Positions 58,942 through 64,000 of a stretch of 64,000 nucleotides of DNA are shown in pieces. This DNA comes from Takakia lepidozioides (lineage: Eukaryota; Plantae; Bryophyta): assembly GCA_030704615.1 (NCBI GenBank), contig CM060734.1, positions 15,252,001 to 15,316,000 on the forward strand, in the 5' to 3' direction. The notes under the pieces were generated by a model. The model worked only from the letters and a program-made list of their open reading frames with translations. It was not told where the DNA came from and did no database searches. Position numbers and translations under genes: made by a program. How positions within the stretch are numbered: the first letter of the stretch is position 1; every line of letters starts with the position of its first letter.

Positions 58942-60000
58942 CAGGGTCTGCAGATTCCTCACTTTTCACAATAGCATGTCTAAGATGCAATGCTAAGATG
59001 TCTAAGATTCAGCCAGGCATCCAGTGTACCCAGCATTGAAATCAACCTTGGTCACACAAGACATAATCAGCCCCTTTATCAGTTCCTCTCTTGCCAATGA
59101 CAGATGCTTCACACTCCCCTTTTCCCAGGTGTAGCCATTTGCCCAAGACAGTTCTCAACCCGTCTACAGGTCTCAATTTACCCACCTGACAGCTCTCTTT
59201 TTCCCATCAACTGTGAACCTCAGTTGTTCACATGTTGAGAGCACTCTGAGAATCAGATCCAAACCCCAAACAGTGTTGGTTTTTCTGCCCCATCCACATC
59301 ATCCCTTCTGCTCCTTCCAAACAGTTCTATCTAACCTTCACTGGTTTCCTCTACCTACTAAGCTAGTTCCACATTGGCTGCAATGTGTCAACATCCAAGG
59401 CCACATTGTTTTTACAGGCTCATGACATTGAAACAAAGAACAAGAATACAACAAACAGCAACCATTCTGACCCAGCGATGAGTTAACCCTGTCCCCACTC
59501 ATTTCTCCTACTGTGCAATGTAACAGCAGGTGCATCCATTTCCAGCCTATCCTAGTTTGAAGTCCAGTGTCCTCATTCCATTTCCCAAAGCTCTTTTCTT
59601 CCTCACATATCTGTGTCTCTTTCTACATACAAGAGATAGTCCAAAACTTCACAAAGCGATTTCTAAGTCACCCAAAAAGGAAGCCAACACTCTTCGAACT
59701 TATATGTCTTATTGGCTCCTGTTAGTACCATGATTTGGTATTCTTCCTGATGTGTACAAGGTTCTTGGGAGAGTCAGCTTGGTCTTAGCAGGCCGTGTTT
59801 CAAACATAACAGAGGTTATTGTATTATGTTCCATAGCTTGGATTCAGTTTGGGTACAACATACACATGCCCTAGCAAAGTGTTTATAAAATCACAAAGCA
59901 TCCATGTAAGTACATAGAGATACATCTGGGCTGCATAGGTTTAAACCCTAATGTCTTACAAGGTTTTAGCCAGATTGTCTGGGTTCCAACAAAATCCTCA

Positions 60001-60976
60001 CTACTGACTTTTCGTTGATCGGCCATTCGTACCGTGAATGGAGCAGGTTCCATGTGCCCCAATCCTAGTGACTTCTTCATCTTCTCTGTCATGATATTCA
60101 CTCCAGATCCTCCATCGATGAGTACATCCGTTACCAGCGTCCGTCCAATACGTACTTGTATTACTGATATTGATTCGTCGTAGTCTGGAGTTTGTTATAT
60201 AGTTGTGGGTTTAATTGTGTAAACCTCTAGTGTTGGTTTTTGTTTTGGTGTGGGAGTCAATGCCTCAATTGCCCGAAATAAAGTTTTCTTGCAGTGTGGA
60301 GCAATTTTTAATAATTGTCCAATGGTAATTTGGGTCTTGGTCTGGCAGATTACTTCAGCCAATTCTGTTTCCGTGGTTGCCTTAGTGTGGTCTTCATCGT
60401 TGGTCTGATTTGATTATCTGGAGTTGGCTCTCCCGAAGGTATATGGGTTCCCTCTTGCATTTTGAGCTATGGCTTTACTTACCTCCTGGTTGTAAGCTCT
60501 TTTCTTCCTGCCATGTTGCACTTCTGGATATTGTTTTCGTTCTTCTTCATCTCCTTATCTGGAGGAGGTTTCTATTTCTTGGTCTGAGTTCGGTTACCGC
60601 AAGGGTATCTACAAGGAGTTACCACACTCACGGCTACACTTGGTCCGGCTTCCATATTTCCCACTTCTGCCTCATTGCTTGATTCGCAACTGGCATTTAT
60701 GTTTCATGTTCCTCTTTCTGCCCAATAGTGGCATCTTGTGATTTTTTGTTTCTGGGTGATGTTCTCTATCCCGTGGTGGATAGCCATCACGTGGGCCTCT
60801 ATAACGATTACCCATATTGTATGTCTTGGTCCATCCAACCTCCCCGGCGGATTTGGACTTGGTGACCCCACCACAGCTTGTGTGTACCCCTCTTCTTGGC
60901 CGTTGATTGTAAATACAATGGCTGGTATTATGATTGTTCATATGACAAATATCACAGTATTTGTCTTTCATGTGGC
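60001..60976 (-). mobile_element. D: gag-protease remnant of another Ty3/Gypsy element, host of C and B2
   Basis: YCDICHMNNHNTSHC knuckle; ITIGQLLKIAP; VLIDGGSGVNIMTE..APFTVRMADQRKV protease. Cut at 60001 by the C LTR and at 60976 by the B2 LTR. Confidence 0.85.
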
Positions 60977-61672
60977 TGTCGTGCGCATACATATCGCTAC
61001 ACAACTACATCGCTGTCCAAAACCACACAACACATGTGCACACCACACACTAGTATACCACTAGTCTACCCACTAGCCCAACCACTAGGCTACAACTAGT
61101 CAGTCACTAGGCTGCCACTACGCTGCCCACTATGGCAGTCACTAGTCCACACAATGATAAAGAGAGGAAGAATACAAGCACAAGCTCATGCGAGCTCACA
61201 AAGCTGAAGCATAAACTCATGCATATATAACCTCATCACTCAAATACAAGTCAAGCCAAGTGCACCCCACGCCATGGGGAATCCACACTACGGCGCCATA
61301 GCTAGGCGCGGTGAGGCTCAACTCGAGAAAGATGAGCCTCCCGCGCTTGCCGTGAAGATAACCACTCCAGGGCCTAAATCTGCCTTGACCCTGGATTGAC
61401 ACTTGGGCCAATCCCAAATGTCAATATGTAAAAGCTAGCTATTTCCTAGCTAGTTTCACACTAGTGGTAAAATAACTTGACAGCTGTCGTGCGCATACAT
61501 ATCGCTACACAACTACATCGCTGTCCAAAACCACACAACACATGTGCACACCACACACTAGTATACCACTAGTCTACCACTAGTCCAGCCACTAGTCCAA
61601 CCACTAGGCTACAACTAGTCAGTCACTAGGCTGCCACTACGCTGCCCACTATGGCAGTCACTAGTCCACACA
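60977..61672 (-). repeat. B2 3' LTR region: unit (61485-61672), 331-bp spacer, unit (60977-61153)
   Basis: Two near-identical TG...CA units containing ~11-bp CCACTAG-type minirepeats; TATATA in the spacer. Confidence 0.9.
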
Positions 61673-64000
61673 ATCGCCCCCCTAGCTGGTGCTTAGGTCC
61701 CTCTAAGTCCAGGTAGCCACAAGATGTGATAGTGACCATAGCCTCACTAAGTCCTCCACCACTATCCCTACTACACTCAAACTCGATAGATCAAGAGGCC
61801 GGGTGCAAGAGTTGCCCCATCGTTAGTCGCCGTCTTGCAACCTGTGAACTTGAGCTGGGGATCTCATGTATTGACTCCTATGAGCTTGGCCTCCCATGTC
61901 TTGTTAGCTGCCTCCAGTCATGTCCACTGCCACTATCCCAAGCAGTGTGGACACAACCAATCTCCGTCAGGCACCTTCTCAAGAGGTGGTGTCAAGCATC
62001 CCATATGCCAACCCCTTGAGCATCGATCACACACCAGCATGGTGGCTGCCCCTTTGGCAGACCCACAGAGCATGCACCTCAAACCTGCAGGTACCACTGC
62101 CAAGTTTGGGTCAACTCTGCCATCGACATTGGAAGGTGACATGGCGCACAATTACGCACATGGTCTTTCCAAGTCATGCCATCCCGACCCTCTAAGATCA
62201 GGACCCCTGAGGGCAACACCTCTCGAACCCTCAGAATAACACGCCCTGCAGTAACATCCAGAGTCGTAGGAGCAGTCTGCTGCAAATAAACATAGTCACC
62301 AGGGCTAAACCTCCGAACCCCAGGACGATATCCTCCACCACGTATAGTGGCATACCTCAACGTATCACGGTGCTGTGCAATGGCAAGGTTCTCAAAAGCC
62401 ATGGGCATGACTTTCTTGAACAACTCTGCACGCTGATCACATGCACGTACCCACACGTCCGGATCGTCAAGGTTAAGGACTTGAGCAGTGTCCCTACGAA
62501 TGGCTGCAGGCAAATCCGGCTCTCGGCCAAAGAGAAGGAAATATGGTGAGAAGGAGGCAAGTGATGCTTGTTTGCTGAACCTGTAGCCCATGGCTAACCA
62601 AGGAACCTGAAGATCCCAATCTCCTAGGTGTCCCTTCTGCAAGCCATACTTGCGCAAACCCCTCTTCACCGTCTGAACAACTCTCTCTGCTAAGCCATCG
62701 GCCTCAGGATGATCCCGAGAAGTGGTGCGGTGGTCTATCAAGGCTTTATCACACAAAGCCTGAAACTCCCCCAAGAACTCTCTCCCTTGGTCCGTGAGTA
62801 CCTCAGCTGGAGCACCAAATCGGCTAAGCACACGATCCAAGAATGCATACGCAGCCCCCTCACTAGCCTTGTCAGGCAATGGAACCAACTCAATCCACTT
62901 GGAGAAGTGCTCCACCATCACCAACACATATCTGTGGTGGCGCATAGTCAGTGGCAACGGTCCTGCGAAGTCAAGACTCCACCTGTAGCCCAATCCCATG
63001 ATAGGTAAAGGATGCAACTGTGGTGTAGGGGCGTTGAATGAAGCACGCACCCTGTCACACACCATGCACCTAGCCACAAACTGTTGCACCTCTGTATGCA
63101 TACCACGCCACCAATACTGCCCCTGCAGTAAACTGTGAGTGCGTCGCACTCCAAAATGCCCCAACTCCTCATGGGCATGCCGCACTAACCGTGCACGCTG
63201 TGTGGGGTGAGGCACAATCCTCACCCGACCATCCTCCCACACTCGAAGTAGGTGTATCCCCTCCCACTTGAACCTCTTGGCTCGTTGCAGGATCCGATCC
63301 CTCTCCCTGGCAGTCACAATGGCTGCCGTGTCTCCCGTGCGGAGGTAGTCCAACACAGCCGAATCCTCATGTATATCTCTGGCACCACCTAGCTCATCAC
63401 TAGCCTCAGGGTCCTCAGACACTCCGTCTACAGTCATCCCTGTTGTAGGTCCAATCTGACCTCCCGATGCCAAGATACACAAAAATGCAGATGCGTGCCA
63501 TCCCGGCACCATCTCCTCGTCCGTCTCACCATGCCACCGAGCTCCAGTGTCATCCTGCTGGCTCATGCATGGATTGCGACTCAATCCATCCGCATCCCGA
63601 TTGACCAAACCCGGTCGATGCACAACCTGAAAGTCATACTCCTGGAGTATAAGTGCCCACCGTGCAAGCTTCCCTGTAAGCTTGTCTGACTCCATCAACC
63701 ACTTGAGTGGCTGTGTGATCCGTGACAAGGGTGAAAAGATTGCCGTATAGATAGCACCTGAAGTGTGCCACGGCCCACACTGCAGCTAAGCACTCTCCCT
63801 CATATGAGCTGTACTTAGCCTCTGCAGCGTTGTTCGAGCGGCTAGCGTAAGCCACTACGAACTCTCTTCCCTCATCATCCACCTGTGTGAGCACCGCTCC
63901 AAGCCCCAGCATGCTCCAATCCGTATGCAGCTGAAAGGGACGCCCCCTGATAGGTCGTCTCAAGATAGGCGCCGAGGTCAACCTCGCCTTGAGCTCTTGA
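60977..64000 (-). mobile_element. B2: Ty3/Gypsy element with RNase H, integrase and C-terminal PHD finger; runs off the right edge
   Basis: RNase H LHTDWS..VAYASRS..YSSYEGECLA; integrase HEELGH..CMVC, SLDFAG, LTDQG, LAER; PHD at 61942-62076; PPT (ggggggcgat) at 61673-61682; LTR region 60977-61672. Only two 1-bp frameshifts (~62130 and ~63720). Confidence 0.95.

Larger units (their letters stand above)
40717..60000 (-). mobile_element. C: non-chromovirus-type Ty3/Gypsy element (3' part lost), split by the A4/A5 insertion; own sequence is 40717-42787 and 56686-60000
   Basis: Putative 5' LTR 58396-60000. PBS tggtatcagagc at 58373-58384. Gag at 56691-57972 with three CCHC-type knuckles. The reading frame continues across the TSD (ETTHS|VEVVRD). 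Protease IDTGAMLS; RT FCGDFRPVN, FSALDLQSGFWQI, VMPFGLKNA, FVDD; RNase H start FVLDVDWS. Confidence 0.9.

Overview
Eukaryotic DNA, almost certainly a land plant; the TE families suggest a bryophyte (inference). There is one intact intron-containing host gene, a CUPULIFORMIS-family (ICU11/CP2-like) 2OG-Fe(II) dioxygenase, at 7630-13001 (+). To its left is a decayed APE-type LINE whose ORF2 begins with a 2A/StopGo-like peptide (CGDIHPNPGP). To its right is a ~50 kb transposon nest containing: five copies of one chromodomain Ty3/Gypsy family (A1-A5); two copies of a Ty3/Gypsy family whose integrase ends in a PHD finger and whose 3' LTR region has an unusual repeat-spacer-repeat layout (B1, B2); two further non-chromodomain Gypsy elements (C, D); two hAT transposase relics; CACTA-type ends; and MITE-like foldbacks. 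Target-site duplications and interrupted ORFs show four levels of nesting (D > C > A4 > A5). Many frameshifts in the youngest copies look like long-read homopolymer errors.
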